Below, piece after piece: positions 43,238 through 55,937 of a stretch of DNA of 64,000 bases. Below the pieces are notes generated by a model. The model was given only the letters and a program-made list of their open reading frames with translations, was not told the DNA's origin and searched no databases. This DNA comes from Rebecca billardiae RCC1528. Lineage: Eukaryota > Protista > Haptophyta. Both the position numbers and the translations under genes were made by a program. The stretch covers positions 2,046,001 through 2,110,000 of the forward strand of contig OZ251229.1 in NCBI GenBank assembly GCA_965240325.2, in the 5' to 3' direction. The first letter of the stretch is position 1. Each line of letters starts with the position of its first letter.

Positions 43238-45838
43238 ATGGGCAACGCGCACGCGACGCACACTCGCGGTCAGCGCTCTGCCAGTGCAGGCAATCTGGGC
43301 GCGCATGCGCGCGAGCACCGCTGCGCGCTGCGCGCGCGTCGGGCACTTCAGCCTGACCCGACCGTTTGGCAAGGAAAGGCGCCGCTGGGCGGATCCATGC
43401 AGCTCTTTCCCGAAGCGATTCCTGTGCTGCGCACACTCGAAGATTGCGGCGTGCAAGTCGACCTCGCCGGCTCGTCGCGCCAAACCGGCAAGGTTGTCAG
43501 CCCATCCAGCTCGCTCATGCCGCCAACGGCTGGAGCTCCTGATGCTGGCACGCGTGAAGCGGCATCCAGCCCCTTGGGCCTGCATGCTGGCACGGCCGAC
43601 GCCATCCTCACGCAGACGCATGCGCCTGGCGCACGGCTGCGCAAGGATGAATTTGAGCAGCCGCATGCATCAACGGAACTGACACATCTCGGCCCGGAGC
43701 GCGAGGCTCCTCCTCACGAAGCAAGTGTCACGATACTGGTCAAGCCTGTCGACGTCTCTCCGGCAGCTGCGCGCCGTGCCGACCTGACAGCGCAACCTCC
43801 GCAAGGGCTGACGCCGAAGCAGTGCGAGGCTTGCATCGCGCTGCGCGCGCGCAGGAGGGGCATGTGCGCGATGCATCGCGCGCTGCACGAGCGCAGTGCT
43901 GATGCTGCAGCCGCGCCCAAGCCCGACGCCGAGCCCACGGCGGAGCCCCGCGATTTGCCGGCCGCACACGTGCGCGCACACGAGCCTGCCGCGAGTGGCA
44001 TGCGCACGCCCGCCATCGAGGTGTGCACAGCCATTCGCACCCGTCGCAGCTCGCTCGAGGATGCGCCACGCGCGCATGCAGAGGCCGCGGCGCCAGCAGA
44101 TGTGGGCGCCGATGGCGATGAAAGCGGAGACTCCGCCGATGCAAGCAGCGAAGGCGCAGCGTCTGCAGCGCAAAGTGACGCTTCCGTCACCGACGACGAC
44201 GATGGGCCACGGCCTGATCGCGAGCTGCCTCCGGAGCAATGCAAGATGTGCACCGTGCTGCGCGCGCGCCGCAAGGGCATGTGCCCAGCGCACCGCGCGC
44301 AGCTGAGCTCCGCGGCGCGGCGCGGGGCGCACAGGCCGGCGGCGGCGACAATCCAGAAGCCGGACGAGACCGAGTCGGCTGACGAGTTCCAGCCGGCGGA
44401 TGTGCCGCCGCCGCAGACGTGCAACCGCGAAGTCACATCGCGCGAATGCGCCCAGGAGTGCACTGCGCCCGGCCTGAGCTCGGCTGCTGCTGGCCTGCGC
44501 GCGAGCGCGCGTGCCGCCGAGGGCGGGCGATCGCCGGGCTCGCCGAAGCACGCGGACGGCCAGGACCTCGAAGGCGCAGAGGACGGCTACGGGCACTCCA
44601 GCGGCGACGACGACGATTTGAGCAGTGCTGGCGAGGAGGGCGCCGGCGCGCTCGGAGCCGCCGCTCCCGGCACTCTCGCGCTGTCCGGGCCACTGCGGAC
44701 GCGATCGGGCCGTCTCACCACTGCTGCAGCTGGCACCCAGCGGCCGCCCATGTCGCTGGAGATGCCGACACTGGTGACGCTGGCGGAGGCACCGTTCGAG
44801 CTCCCGCAGGATGTGCACGCCGACGCGGCCAAGGGCAGGCGCGTCCTTGCCGAGCAGGCCGAGCGCGAGCTGCAGGACGAGATCGTCGCGGGCGTGAGCT
44901 GCTTCTGGCGCGAGGGCGACGACGCGTTCGTCCTTGACGAGCGCCAGACATTTGTCGAGACGACGTGCGACATCTGCGCGCGAACGATCGGTGCAAACGA
45001 GCACTGGACGCAGTGTTTCGACTGCCTCGACTTCGACATGTGCGACGACTGCAGCCCGAGCACCGTGCACGACCGCACGCACGTGCTGCGTCGGCGTCCG
45101 CCAATGCGCAGCATGCAGGCCGAGGGCGAGGGCGAGGGCGAGGGCGCTGAGCCGCGCGGGGCGAGCTGGTCGGAAGCCGACGATCTCGCGCTGCTGAACG
45201 CTGTGGCCAAAGAGGGCCTGCACTGGGGCAGCGTGGGGCTCTTCATCAACCGGTCCGAAGAGCTGTGTGCGCAGCGCTTCCTCCAGCTCGCGGAAAGCGC
45301 TGGCGATGGCACCGGTGCAGAGCTGGCCAACGGTGGCGCGCACCTCCACAAGCGCCCACTCGACGACTCGTTCTTCTCGCCGAAGTACAAGCGACCAGCT
45401 GCTGCAGCTCCGCCGCAGAATGCCGAGCTGCGGCTGCTCATCGAGCTGGACCTCAACGAGAGTGGCGTCAGCCCTGTCGCGCTCAGCGCGCGCGCACGCT
45501 CCGATGCAGCAACGCGCAAGATCCAGGACGTCAAGCACGTGATTGGGCGCCTGCGCACGGCTGGAGGGGCGGCGGCTCTCGGCGTCACGCCGGTGCGTGG
45601 CGCGCCCGCGCCCGGCACTGCCGCCCCCAAGGCTCATCATGGCGTGCAGGAGCGCCGCCATGGGACGAGCGCCCCAAAGCGGGCGATTGACAAGAAGAAG
45701 AAGAAGCACAAGAAGAAGAAGAGCGACAAGCGGGAGCCGTCGAAGAAGACTGGGCGCAGGACCAAGAAGCACGACCGCAGAGCTCACAAGTCCGCGGGCC
45801 CGCGCATCTCGGCGCTGTCGCTATCTCCCCCGCGCTGA
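43238..45838 (+). CDS. ZZ zinc finger + SANT/Myb nuclear protein
   Basis: TCDIC..QCFDCLDFDMCDDC..HDRTH (ZZ). WSEADDLALLNAVAKEGLHWGSVG..RSEELCAQRFLQL (SANT). Basic C-terminal tract. Start codon uncertain. Confidence 0.8.
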   Translation: MGNAHATHTRGQRSASAGNLGAHAREHRCALRARRALQPDPTVWQGKAPLGGSMQLFPEAIPVLRTLEDCGVQVDLAGSSRQTGKVVSPSSSLMPPTAGAPDAGTREAASSPLGLHAGTADAILTQTHAPGARLRKDEFEQPHASTELTHLGPEREAPPHEASVTILVKPVDVSPAAARRADLTAQPPQGLTPKQCEACIALRARRRGMCAMHRALHERSADAAAAPKPDAEPTAEPRDLPAAHVRAHEPAASGMRTPAIEVCTAIRTRRSSLEDAPRAHAEAAAPADVGADGDESGDSADASSEGAASAAQSDASVTDDDDGPRPDRELPPEQCKMCTVLRARRKGMCPAHRAQLSSAARRGAHRPAAATIQKPDETESADEFQPADVPPPQTCNREVTSRECAQECTAPGLSSAAAGLRASARAAEGGRSPGSPKHADGQDLEGAEDGYGHSSGDDDDLSSAGEEGAGALGAAAPGTLALSGPLRTRSGRLTTAAAGTQRPPMSLEMPTLVTLAEAPFELPQDVHADAAKGRRVLAEQAERELQDEIVAGVSCFWREGDDAFVLDERQTFVETTCDICARTIGANEHWTQCFDCLDFDMCDDCSPSTVHDRTHVLRRRPPMRSMQAEGEGEGEGAEPRGASWSEADDLALLNAVAKEGLHWGSVGLFINRSEELCAQRFLQLAESAGDGTGAELANGGAHLHKRPLDDSFFSPKYKRPAAAAPPQNAELRLLIELDLNESGVSPVALSARARSDAATRKIQDVKHVIGRLRTAGGAAALGVTPVRGAPAPGTAAPKAHHGVQERRHGTSAPKRAIDKKKKKHKKKKSDKREPSKKTGRRTKKHDRRAHKSAGPRISALSLSPPR

Positions 45839-46080
45839 GTGCCAGAGCCCGCGTTGCTGTCGTGTTGCCCTGCCGCCGCTCCACTGTGGCACTGTCTGAC
45901 GGAGAGCGCTCTGAAGTCTGAACACCTCGACCATTGTAATCTCAACTTTGTATGATACGTTGATTCCGAACCGGCACGGTACACACGTAACACCGCGTGC
46001 CGATTCATGGCTGCGCGAATCCGCTGGGCCAGGGCTCGTAGCAGACCACTGCCACTCTTGCCCGACCCGGACGGAGAGGC

Positions 46081-47130
46081 ATGACGTCAACAGGCGCGAC
46101 GCCTGCAGGCATGCGCATCCCCGTCATTGACTTCTCGCCGTGGATGGCCGACGAGGGTGCTGCCGTGGGCGGGATGCCGACGGAGGCACAACGTTCCGTC
46201 GCAGCCCAGATCGACGAGGCGTGCCGCCAGACGGGGTTCTTGTTCGTGACCAACCACGTCAGCCCGCAGCTCGTCAAGCAGGCGTTCGCGGCATCCAAGG
46301 AGCTCTTCGCGCTCCCCGAGGCGCACAAGCTGGACAAGTTCTGCCGCCTGAACTCATCGACGAACATGGGCTACTCGCCGTTCGCGGGCGAGCAGCTGAA
46401 CAGCCGGCGGGCGCCTGACCTGAAGGAGGCGTTCAACGTCAAGAAGATGGGAACTGACTTCTCAAGCACGCCTGGCAGCTTCAAGCCTGCCGCGACGGAA
46501 CTGTTTGCGGCCCTTGAACGTTTCTTCAAGCGGTACTGCCTCGCCACCACGCTCGCGCTCGGCCTCGATGACCACGAGTTTTTCGTCCGCGCGTTTGGCG
46601 ACATGGAGCTGTGCACGCTGCGCTTCCTGCACTACCCGCCGTGCGACTCGGCGTCGACCAGGATCGGGTCGCCCGATGGCACGCCTGCCTCCGCGATCCG
46701 CGTGGGCGAGCACACCGACTTTGGCATGAACACGATACTCCACCTGGACTCGGGCGCACGTGGGCTGCAGGTGAAGCCGGTGGCTGGCGCCGAGGTCGGC
46801 GGTCTCGCCGGCGGTGAGGATGGCGAGTGGCTCGACGTCGATGCACCGGACATGCCTGGCGCGGTGGTGAACACCGGCGCGTTGCTCGCACGCTGGACGA
46901 ACGACGTGTGGTGCGCCACTGCGCACCGCGTGGTTGTGCCTGACGCGAGCGTCGCAGCCAGCTCTCGCTATTCGATCGCGTGCTTCATGGATCCAGACAG
47001 GGACGCCAAGATCGCCGTACACCCGCATTTTGTCTCACCGGGCGAGAAACCGCGCTACGGTGAGACCACTGGCGGGGAGTACCTAACTATGAAGCTGCGG
47101 GCCGCGCACGACCGCGCACCAGAGGCGTGA
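46081..47130 (+). CDS. 2-oxoglutarate/Fe(II)-dependent dioxygenase (IPNS-like, DIOX_N + 2OG-FeII_Oxy)
   Basis: IPVIDFS, ACRQTGFLFVTNH, LRFLHYPP, HTDFG, AHRVV and RYSIACF motifs. Confidence 0.93.
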   Translation: MTSTGATPAGMRIPVIDFSPWMADEGAAVGGMPTEAQRSVAAQIDEACRQTGFLFVTNHVSPQLVKQAFAASKELFALPEAHKLDKFCRLNSSTNMGYSPFAGEQLNSRRAPDLKEAFNVKKMGTDFSSTPGSFKPAATELFAALERFFKRYCLATTLALGLDDHEFFVRAFGDMELCTLRFLHYPPCDSASTRIGSPDGTPASAIRVGEHTDFGMNTILHLDSGARGLQVKPVAGAEVGGLAGGEDGEWLDVDAPDMPGAVVNTGALLARWTNDVWCATAHRVVVPDASVAASSRYSIACFMDPDRDAKIAVHPHFVSPGEKPRYGETTGGEYLTMKLRAAHDRAPEA

Positions 47131-48519
47131 GCAGCAAGCAGCTTGCGTGTCGATCCGCAGGCGGCAGGGACCCGGCCGCGTTGGCGGACGACCGTGCGCC
47201 TGAGAGTGATCGACGCCGTCGGCGTCGAGGCCCGTACTGCTACTTGACTGAAATGTCAGCATTCTCAATCTCAGCCTGCTCAAGACGGTCCGGATTCATA
47301 CAATGACACTATATTTTTTTACAGTGTTATTAATTAATACCGGCTAGCTAATACGTCAGACGCCTCATATACCTGTCATGAAGCGCGGTCTGTCAATCGG
47401 GCCGCAGCGGGCACTGGGCGCGGGCGCGGCTGCCGGGTGCCAGCATTGCGCCAGTCCGCGGCCGGACGTCGCGCCAGCTTGAGCCGTGTGAGCCGGCTGG
47501 CCGCGGCAGTGGGCGCGGCCGCGCGCGCGCCAATCACATTCTGAGTGACATAGTACATAGTAACATACCTGGGAGCTGAGCTCTGGAGCTGATAGTAGGT
47601 GCTCCGTGCTGATGCGGTGGCGAGTAGCGGACGGGATTGGAGCGAGCAGACACACGATCGGCATGACCGCTCCGACTCATAGATATAGTAGATAGTGGCG
47701 CTGAGGAAGCCCCCCCCCCCCCCCGCTCTGCTGTCACACAAGTGTGATGAGCGCGAGTGTATCATCACCGCTGCATGACAGGACGAATTGCTGTTTAAGG
47801 GGGACTTGTGCGCTCGCGCCTGCCGGACTTGTTGTGCACCGAGCGATCGCGCCACCACGGCGCAGCGTTCTCTTCTCAGCGTGCACCGCATTTTTTTTCG
47901 TGGAGCAATCAAGCACTTGATTGCTACCGCAATGACCGCCCGCTTTTCGCCGGCGACAACCTGCCGTGCATCAAGGCTGCTAAAAAGCCATACCAATGAA
48001 AGTATTCGTCAGGCGCAGTGCAACTTCGGCAAACGCGAATTTGATTACGATCTACGGTTCGCATCGAACACCCCCGCCCGACTTCGCTCCGCCCTACAAC
48101 TTCGGTGATGTTTTTACCCCACTCAGTGTCGCCGAACATCACCATCCGAATCATACCGTCGCGGTTAACGCGCTCGGCACCTAATCAGCGATGCGGGGAA
48201 TCTTAACGCAGATGCCACGGAAGCCTCCACTGCCAACCAAGCGCGGCAAGCATCGAAACCTTGGACGTCCAGCACTCCGAGGTGTGCAGCTGATCGACAC
48301 CGGTGCGCGCATCCTCGATTGCGCGACGCGCGCGCTCGCCCCTCGTGCGCCGGCGCGCGCGCCCAGCGCGAGCTGGCTATCGTGCACACCGCCTCCCCTG
48401 CACTGTTGTGTGCTCCTCGCGCGTCACCGGCCCACGCTCACCCCTTCCTGCTCCCCGTGCACGCGCGCACCGCGCGCGCCCTCCCGGATCAGGCCGCGAG
48501 CGCACAGCCGTCTCTCGCC

Positions 48520-50690
48520 ATGTCGACCTTCAACGCGAGCGGCGACATGCCCTACAACGACCAGATCGACGATCACCGCCGCAACATGGGCATCCCCGTC
48601 GGCGACCACCTGCCGCCGCCCGAGGCCTCCCCCAAGTACGGGCGGTCGCGTGAGCGCTCTCGCGCGGGCTCGCGCGGCAAGACTCCGGTGAACCGCTCGC
48701 GGCGCAACTCGGGCGACAAGAAGACCCCGCAGATGACGCCCGTGGCCCCGACTCCGCCGGTGAAGATGTCGACCGACCCCGAGTCGGGCGCCAAGAAGCA
48801 GGTCATCGTCGACCCGTGGGAGGGCGACGGCATGCCCGGCCCGCTCGAGTGGTCGGGCAAGTGGTTCCTCGGCGGCCTCATGATCGACATCAAGCGGCGC
48901 ATGAACCCGAAGACGTACCTCTCGGACTGGACGGACGCGTTCACCAACGGCAACTTCGCCATGGTCGCGCCGGCGTCGATCTTCCTCTTCTTTGCGTGCT
49001 ACGCGCCCGCGCTCGCGTTCGGCGCGCTCTTCGACGTCGCGACCGAGGGCCAGGTGGGCATCATCGAGACGGTGCTCTCGACGGCGATCTGCGGCGTGAT
49101 CTACGCGCTCTTCTCGGGCCAGCCGCTCACAATCATGGGCGCCACCGGCCCCGAGCTCGCGTACACCATCGTCTTCTACCAGCTGTGCCAGCAGCTCGAC
49201 ATCGAGTTCCTGCCCGCGCGCTGGTGGCAGGGCATGTTCACCGCGGTCATGACCGTGCTGTGCGCCGTGCTCGACTGGTGCGCGCTGATGAAGTACGTGA
49301 CGCAGTTCACGGAGGAGATCTTCTCGTCGATCGTCTCGGTGCTCGAGATTGCCGCCGCGCTCACCGCCATCATCCGCATCTTCCTCTCGGACCGCACGCT
49401 CGGCACGCAGCTCTTCTCGGCCATCCTGACCGCGTGCACTTACATCTCGTGCGTCAAGTTCCGCGACCTGCGCGCGTCGGACTGGTTCAACAAGACGTAC
49501 CGCAAGCATATCTCGAACTACGGCGTCGTGATCGTGATCTTCTTCGGCACGCTCATCACCAACCTCGTCATCCCCGCGATGGGCATCACCGACCTGCAGT
49601 TCCTCAACGTGCCCGAGACCGTGCGCCCGACGCTCACGCTCAGCAACGGCCAGGCCCGCCCGTGGATGGTCGACCCGTCCGGCATTGAGAAGCCGTTCCC
49701 GGTGCGTGCCACGCGCGCGGCGCGGCGTGCGACCGGTCGCGGATGCGTGCCGCCGCCTGCCCGCTTGCACCTCGCCTCGCCCGCTCACACGACCCTTCTC
49801 GCCGCCCGCGGCCGCGCACGCTCGGTGTGCTCCGCAGTTCTGGGGCGTGTTCCTCACCATCCCGTTCGCTGCCGGCCTGACGATCCTCGGCTACCTCGAC
49901 CAGAACCTGACGGAGGTGATCGTGAACAAGCGCGAGCGTCTCTACAAGAAGTCACCCGGTGCGTCGCTTCACCTCGCCGGGCGTGCCGCCCGCGCACGCA
50001 GCGCAGCCGCCTCCGCCGCGCGACCACGGCAGCAGCGCCCGCCACGCGGTCGCGCATGTGCTCACCGCCGTGCCGCCCTCCGCCGCCGCGCGCCGACTGC
50101 CCGCAGGCTACCACCTCGACCTGTTCGTGTGCGGCGCGGGCATGTACCCGCTGCTCTCGCTCATCGGCCTGCCCTTCACGCACGCGGCGACCGTCCGCTC
50201 GCTCGCGCACGTGTTCGCGCTCACGATCTACGAGACCGTCACGGACGAGGAGGGCAACCGCGAGACGCGCATCGTCGGCATGGTCGAGCAGCGCTTCACG
50301 CACCTGATCGTGCACCTCTTCATGTTCGTCTCGCTCGCGCTCACGCCGCTGCTCAAGCTCGTGCCGCAGTACCTCATCATCGGCATCTTCCTCTACCTCG
50401 GCATGTCGTCGATCCGCGGCAACAACATGTTCACGCGCATGTTCCTCTTCGCCACGTGGGAGATGGACCGGTGGCCGGACGAGGACTGGGTGGAGCAGCT
50501 GGAGGTGCCGACGATCCACAAGTTCACGCTGCTGCAGCTCGTGTGCTTCGTGGTGATCGTCGTGCTGCGATATGTCGGCGCGGGTGGCGCGATGCCATTC
50601 CTCATCGCTGCGCTCGTGCCGGTGCGGCTGTACATCGTGCCGCGGCTCTTCGACGAGAAGGACATCGCCGTCCTCGACCCGCGCAAGTAG
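48520..50690 (+). CDS. SLC4-family bicarbonate/borate transporter
   Basis: Exons 48520-49701, 49838-49958 and 50107-50690. Motifs DIKRR..YLSDWTDA, FSGQPLTIMGATGP, TQFTEEIFS, YLDQNLT, GYHLDL, GLPFTHAATVRSLAH, VEQR and FLYLGMSS. Confidence 0.93.
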
Positions 50691-51107
50691 GCGGCGCACA
50701 TTGCTTTTCTTTTGTCGACGGTCTCCGTGTGGCCATCGCTCCCGCCGTCGTCGTTGTGACATCGTCTGAGGCTTCTCTTTGCATCGGGCTGCCGGTCTGC
50801 CGGCATGCAGCTGCTGACTTGGCGCCATTTTCGTTTCATCGCGTCTGCACGCATTTCTGAAGCGACTCTTGTACAGTTATCCCCATAGTGAGTATGACCG
50901 ATCGCACTCAACAAACGGACGCCCACATTATCATACAGTACTACTATCACAGATATCGTTCGTCCCAACTTTGTGGTCGTTCCTCATCGCCCATGGGTAG
51001 TCATACAACATAGTTACCCACTCTCCATTACAATGTGGGGTCACGAACGGTGGGTGCTGCAGACTGCTGCTCGGCCAATGGCTCGGCAAGGCCACCCCCC
51101 TGCCTCC

Positions 51108-52544
51108 ATGAGCGACACACAGCCGGACCTCTGGACGGCCGGGAACAAGACGCGGCAGTGGTTGCTGGCCAATGTCGTCCTCTCCATCCTGTTCATGAAC
51201 ATCCCGAGTCTGGTCGGGGCGGGTATGGTGCTCGCAGGCGAGCGGCTGCCACTCTCGCGGCTCGGCGAGCTTCAGTGCGCAGCACAGACTCAGCAGTGGG
51301 CAGCGTTGTACGGAGGTGCCGTGGCCATCCTCTTCTGGGCGCTGCTCGCAGTCGGTGCGTGCTGCGAGCGCACCGGACGCATTCCGCGCCCATCGTGGCG
51401 AGCGGCTACTCCGCTGACCTTGCGCCTGGCCTGACCTCTGAACGTGCGATGCGCGATGCGATGCGCAGAGCCGGGACTCGTCCTGATCGCCCTGGGTTAC
51501 ACTGCGCAAACCGTCGTCACCTTCCTCGCGGGCAAGCGCTTGCGGGATGAGATCGCGCGCGTGCAGCCGCAGCCCTTGGGCGCAGGCGGCTCTGCGCAGC
51601 AGCTGGTGCCGGTGGTCGACGCGCAGGTGCTGGAGGCAGCTTCTGCCCAACCTGCACAGCAGCAGACGCAGCAGGTGTCCCAGCAGCCGCCGTCACAGGA
51701 GCAGCAGTCGGACGCGCGCTCGCAGCGAGCGCCGGCACAGCCACGGCAGCCGCCGGTGACGATGGCCTCCCACCCGGGCAGCACGCCCCCGCGCGACGCT
51801 GGGCAGCAGTACCAGTACGACCTCTTCCTCACACACGGTGTGCCTGGTGGGCGTGCCCGCGCGCGTGTGAGCGTGCGGAGCTGGGGCAGGCGGGCGGCAG
51901 GCTCGGCGCGCGCGCGTGCGCGCGTGCGTTTGAGCGGACGGCATGTTTGCCTCGGCGCCGCCGCGTGCGCAGACTGGGGCCTCAACAGCGAAAACCACCA
52001 GCGCGTGAGCCGCGTGAACGAGGCGCTCAAGGCGCGCGGGTACCGCACGTGGTTTGACACCGAGAAGATGCACGGCAACATCCACGACCAGATGACGGCC
52101 GGCATCGACATGTCAGAGCTCGTGATCGTGTTCGTGACCAACCGATATACCGTCAAGGTGGCCAGCTCCAACCACAACGACAACTGCAAGGTAGTGCGCC
52201 GTGCCACGCCGCCGGCTGCTGCTGCGCGCGCCTCGCGCACTCCGCATCACTCAGTCTGCGGCTCCGCGCCCCGCGGCTGTTCAACCCCATGTGCTCAGCT
52301 CGAATTCAACTACGCGAAGATGCAGAAGACGGCGGGGCGTATGATTCCCGTGGTTATGGAGCCGGACATGCGCAACACCAGTCGGTGGAAGGGCATGGTG
52401 GGTCTCATCCTTGGCTCCGAGCTGCACGTGGATATGTCGGCAGACGACGCGCCGACACGGGCACACCTGGACGAGCTGGACGAGCTTATAAAGCGGAAGA
52501 GAGAAGCCATCGCCGCGCTCGCGGCGCAGGGCATGGCCACGTGA
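51108..52544 (+). CDS. Membrane-anchored TIR-domain (TIR_2-type) protein
   Basis: Exons 51108-51354, 51469-51837, 51973-52190 and 52299-52544 splice in frame. Two or three hydrophobic segments and a Q-rich linker precede YDLFLTHDWG..GYRTWFD..MTAGIDMSELVIVFVT..DNCKLEFNYA..MIPVVME. Alternative starts at 51078 or 51033. Confidence 0.85.
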
Positions 52545-52845
52545 GCGGTGCTCTTGATCGTCATCGTTATCTCACCATCACGCCGTCTGCCAAATCATTC
52601 GGATCGCATGGTCCGACTTTTTTGTCCCGCACTCGCGCGTCACGCGCGGGACCCGGACTCACGGCGCCGCCGAGAGAGTTCAGGGACGGTCCGATGACCC
52701 AGTAGACCCGCCGGTCGTATCGGATCAGATGATTCGATCATCATATATCATCGTCCGGACATCACCGCCGGTGTAGACTGATGACGATATGCTGATGACT
52801 ACTATACTTTGAGTACCGCCGGTCAATGGTCTGTCCGATAACCGA

Positions 52846-54229
52846 TTACCCGAAGACAAGGTCCGGTGCAGTCAGCACATCCTTCCTGAACTGCTCGACC
52901 TGCCGAACGAGCAGCCGATCTGGCGGCTTATCGTACACAGGCAGCCTCGCGAGCTGCGCCGACGGCCGTTGCGAGACCATGTTCTGCAAGAGGCCGATCG
53001 CGATATTATCGATGAGCATCTGGTTTGGGTGAAAGCACGACGTGGCGTCCATCAGCCGCCGGTGGAAAGTGAAGCCGTGCATGACCGGGCGGACTCGGAC
53101 GAGGAAGTTCTCGCCGTCGTTGAACTCCAGCGCGACCGCGCGCAACTCGGAGTTGATCTTTCGCGCGTACTCGTCGGCACCCGGCCCCGAGTTGAAGCGC
53201 GTGCGATCTTTCGCAAAATTGACCGCCTTCCAAAGGCTCACTTTCAGCCGGCACCATGCGTTCTCCGCCAGCATCTTGTCGAGGGACGACGGGTGCTCGC
53301 TCACGTCGACCAGGTTGACGTACGTGTAGGGCAGCGCGCGGCGGAGGTAGCTGAAGAGCTCGTGCAGGCCGGAGCGTATATGTTCGATATTGCGCTTAGT
53401 CCACCACTGCCCCCAGCGGCATGCGACGCGGCCACGCGCGAGGCAGCAGTGTCAGCATTCGCACACGCGCACGAGAGGACGCGCACCAGCACGCCGCCGC
53501 GCGCGCGCTGCGCAGTCGTCGCACCTGGTCGCCCCATGACGGCATGATGCTGAGCACCTTCCACTCCTGCAGCAGTCTGGGCCTCTCCGCATCGATCCAC
53601 TGCCGCAGGTCGTGCGCTTGCTTGAGCAGCGAGCCATTCAGACCGTCCGTACCCTCAGTGCGGCTGATGAGGGAAGCACCATCGACCGCGGCGTTCAGGC
53701 CGCACAGCTCCCTGTGCGGGGCGCCAGCGCGAGCGATGGAGTCCGCTTCGCGCGAAGGGGCGCGGTCAGCGGACGCATCGGCCAGGTTGCATGCGCAGTA
53801 GCGCACATCCGCGGCACACGCACCGCACCTGTGTGTGTCACAAGGGCTGCCCGCATCGAACTTGTGACTGCCGCGTGACAAGCCCTGGAGCTGCGGGTTG
53901 AAGCGTCTTAAGAGCGTGCCGAGCGTCTCAACCGTCTTGTTCATCGAGACGATGCCATCGCCACAGCCCCATGATGCACCGCGGTAGTCCGTGGCTTCTC
54001 GCGCCCCTTCTCCGCCTGCGTTGAACCCGGTCATCCACGAGTCGCCGATGCACATCACGGCGGCGACTTGCGACGCGTTCAGGGCGAAACGTCCGTCGCC
54101 TGGCCACCGGTCGCCTGCAGCTTGCAACTCCACGCACGTGTGGCAAAGGATCGCTGCAGATATCCAAACGCGCCACGTCAGCCGTGGTGTCAAGCGCATT
54201 CCCACGCGTCGAGAGCGTGCCGCAGCCAT
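52846..54229 (-). CDS. Phospholipase B-like SGNH/GDSL hydrolase, copy A
   Basis: Exons 54229-53829, 53711-53525 and 53406-52846. CIGDSWMTG, DYRGASWGCG, TLGTLLRRFNPQLQGLS, LNAAVDGA, EWKVL and CFHPN motifs. Confidence 0.85.
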
Positions 54230-54534
54230 GCTGATTCCCAATACTGTAATGGAGAATCATTCGCGAGTCGCGATCGCTGCCGCCGTCGGGTCGACGGGTC
54301 GTCGGGATCAACCAATTCTACCGGGTTCGTCTTCACTGTATGCTGATTTATTAGTCTAAGAAAAATAGTCGTCTGTGCAGTAGATGGCTCGTCGCGCGCC
54401 GAGCGCACGTCACGACCTGACGGCAAGGGCCATTGCTGATGTACCGTTCGACGCGCAGCATCGAGCGAATCCGCTCGGGTCAGCACGCGCTCTTAATCAG
54501 CTACCTCAGCCGTGCGCGGCGCGCCGCGGCGTCA

Positions 54535-55937
54535 TTACCGGAAGACAAGGTCTGGCGCGGTGAGCACGTGCTTCCGGAACTGCTCGACCTGCAGAGCGAG
54601 CTGCCGATCTGGCGGCTCTTCGTACGCAGGCAGCCTCGTGAGCTGCATTGATGGCCCCTGCGAGACCATGTTCTGCAAGAGGCCGAACGCGAGGCTCCCG
54701 ACTAGTACCGAGTTGGGGTGGAAACACGTCGTGGGCTCCATCAGCCGGCGCTGGAATGTCAGCTCGAGCATCATCGTGCGGACGCGGATGACGAAGCGCT
54801 CACCGTCGCCGAATTCTCGCGCGATCGCATGCAGCTCGTGATTGATCTGCCGCGCGTACTCGTCCGCACCCGCCCCCTTGTTGAAACGCGTGTGGTGCCG
54901 CATGAAGTTGGAAGCCTTCCAGAGTGAAACGCGCAGCTGGCACCACGGTTGCTCAGCCATCATCTGGTCGAGAGACGACGGATGCTCTGTCACGCTGACA
55001 AGGTTGATGTACGTCTTGGGCAGCGCGTCGCGAAGATAGCTGAAGAGCTCGCGCAGCCCGGCGCGGATGCGCTCGATGTCGCGCTCCGTCCACCACTGCC
55101 CTCGGTGATGCACGGCACGGCGGCAGCACGCGTGGGGGGCATGCACACAGCGCCAGTGAGGGGTGGTGCGCCAACGCGGTCTGCTGCTGCGTGCGCGCGG
55201 CAGCACAGCGGTGCGCGCGCTTGGGAACGCACCTGGTCGCCCCACGACGGCATGAAGGTGAGTACCTTCCACTGGTGCAGCAGGTGGGGGCTCTCCTCGT
55301 CGATCCACCGGCGCAGGTCCCGAGCCTGGTCGAGCAGCGTGCCATTCCGGCCTGCTGTGGCCCAGTCTGGCCGCGCGACAATGGACGCCCCATCGACGGC
55401 CGCGTTCAGCCCGCACTCCGCCCTGCGCAAGAACGCCGCGCTCGGCGGGGCTGGCAGGTGGGCGTCAGTCGCGCGCTTGCTCGGCGACCGGGCCGCACCT
55501 ACCCGAGCGCGGCGCTCGGCGCACCTGTGCCTGGCGTCGCATGGGTTGAGATTGTCGAAAGGGTGCTTGCCTTGGGACAGGCCCGCGAGCTTGGGGTTGA
55601 ATCGTCTTACGAGCGTTCCGAGCGTCTCGGTCGTCTGGTCCCCCGTGACGATGCCGTTGCCGCAGCCCCACGACCCACCGCGGTAGTCGCTGTTCGCCTT
55701 CTTGACCTTGGCTAGGCTGTCCAAGCCGTACCCCGCCACGTTGTAGCCCGTCATCCACGAGTCGCCGAGGCACATCACGGCGGCGACCTGCGACGCATTC
55801 AGGGCGAAACGACCGTCGTCTGGCCATCGGTCGTCTGTAGGTTGCCATGCCACGCACGTGTGCCACAGGATCGCTGCGGACATCCAACCGCGCCATGTCA
55901 GCCCGCATCCCACGTGTGCAGAGCGTGCCGCCGCCAT
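54535..55937 (-). CDS. Phospholipase B-like SGNH/GDSL hydrolase, copy B
   Basis: Exons 55937-55525, 55422-55233 and 55095-54535; same motifs and intron positions as copy A. Confidence 0.85.

Noticed and set aside
52775-52802. ctgatga cores as a hammerhead ribozyme
   Set aside because: No flanking stems or correctly placed gaaa; this is low-complexity sequence between convergent genes.
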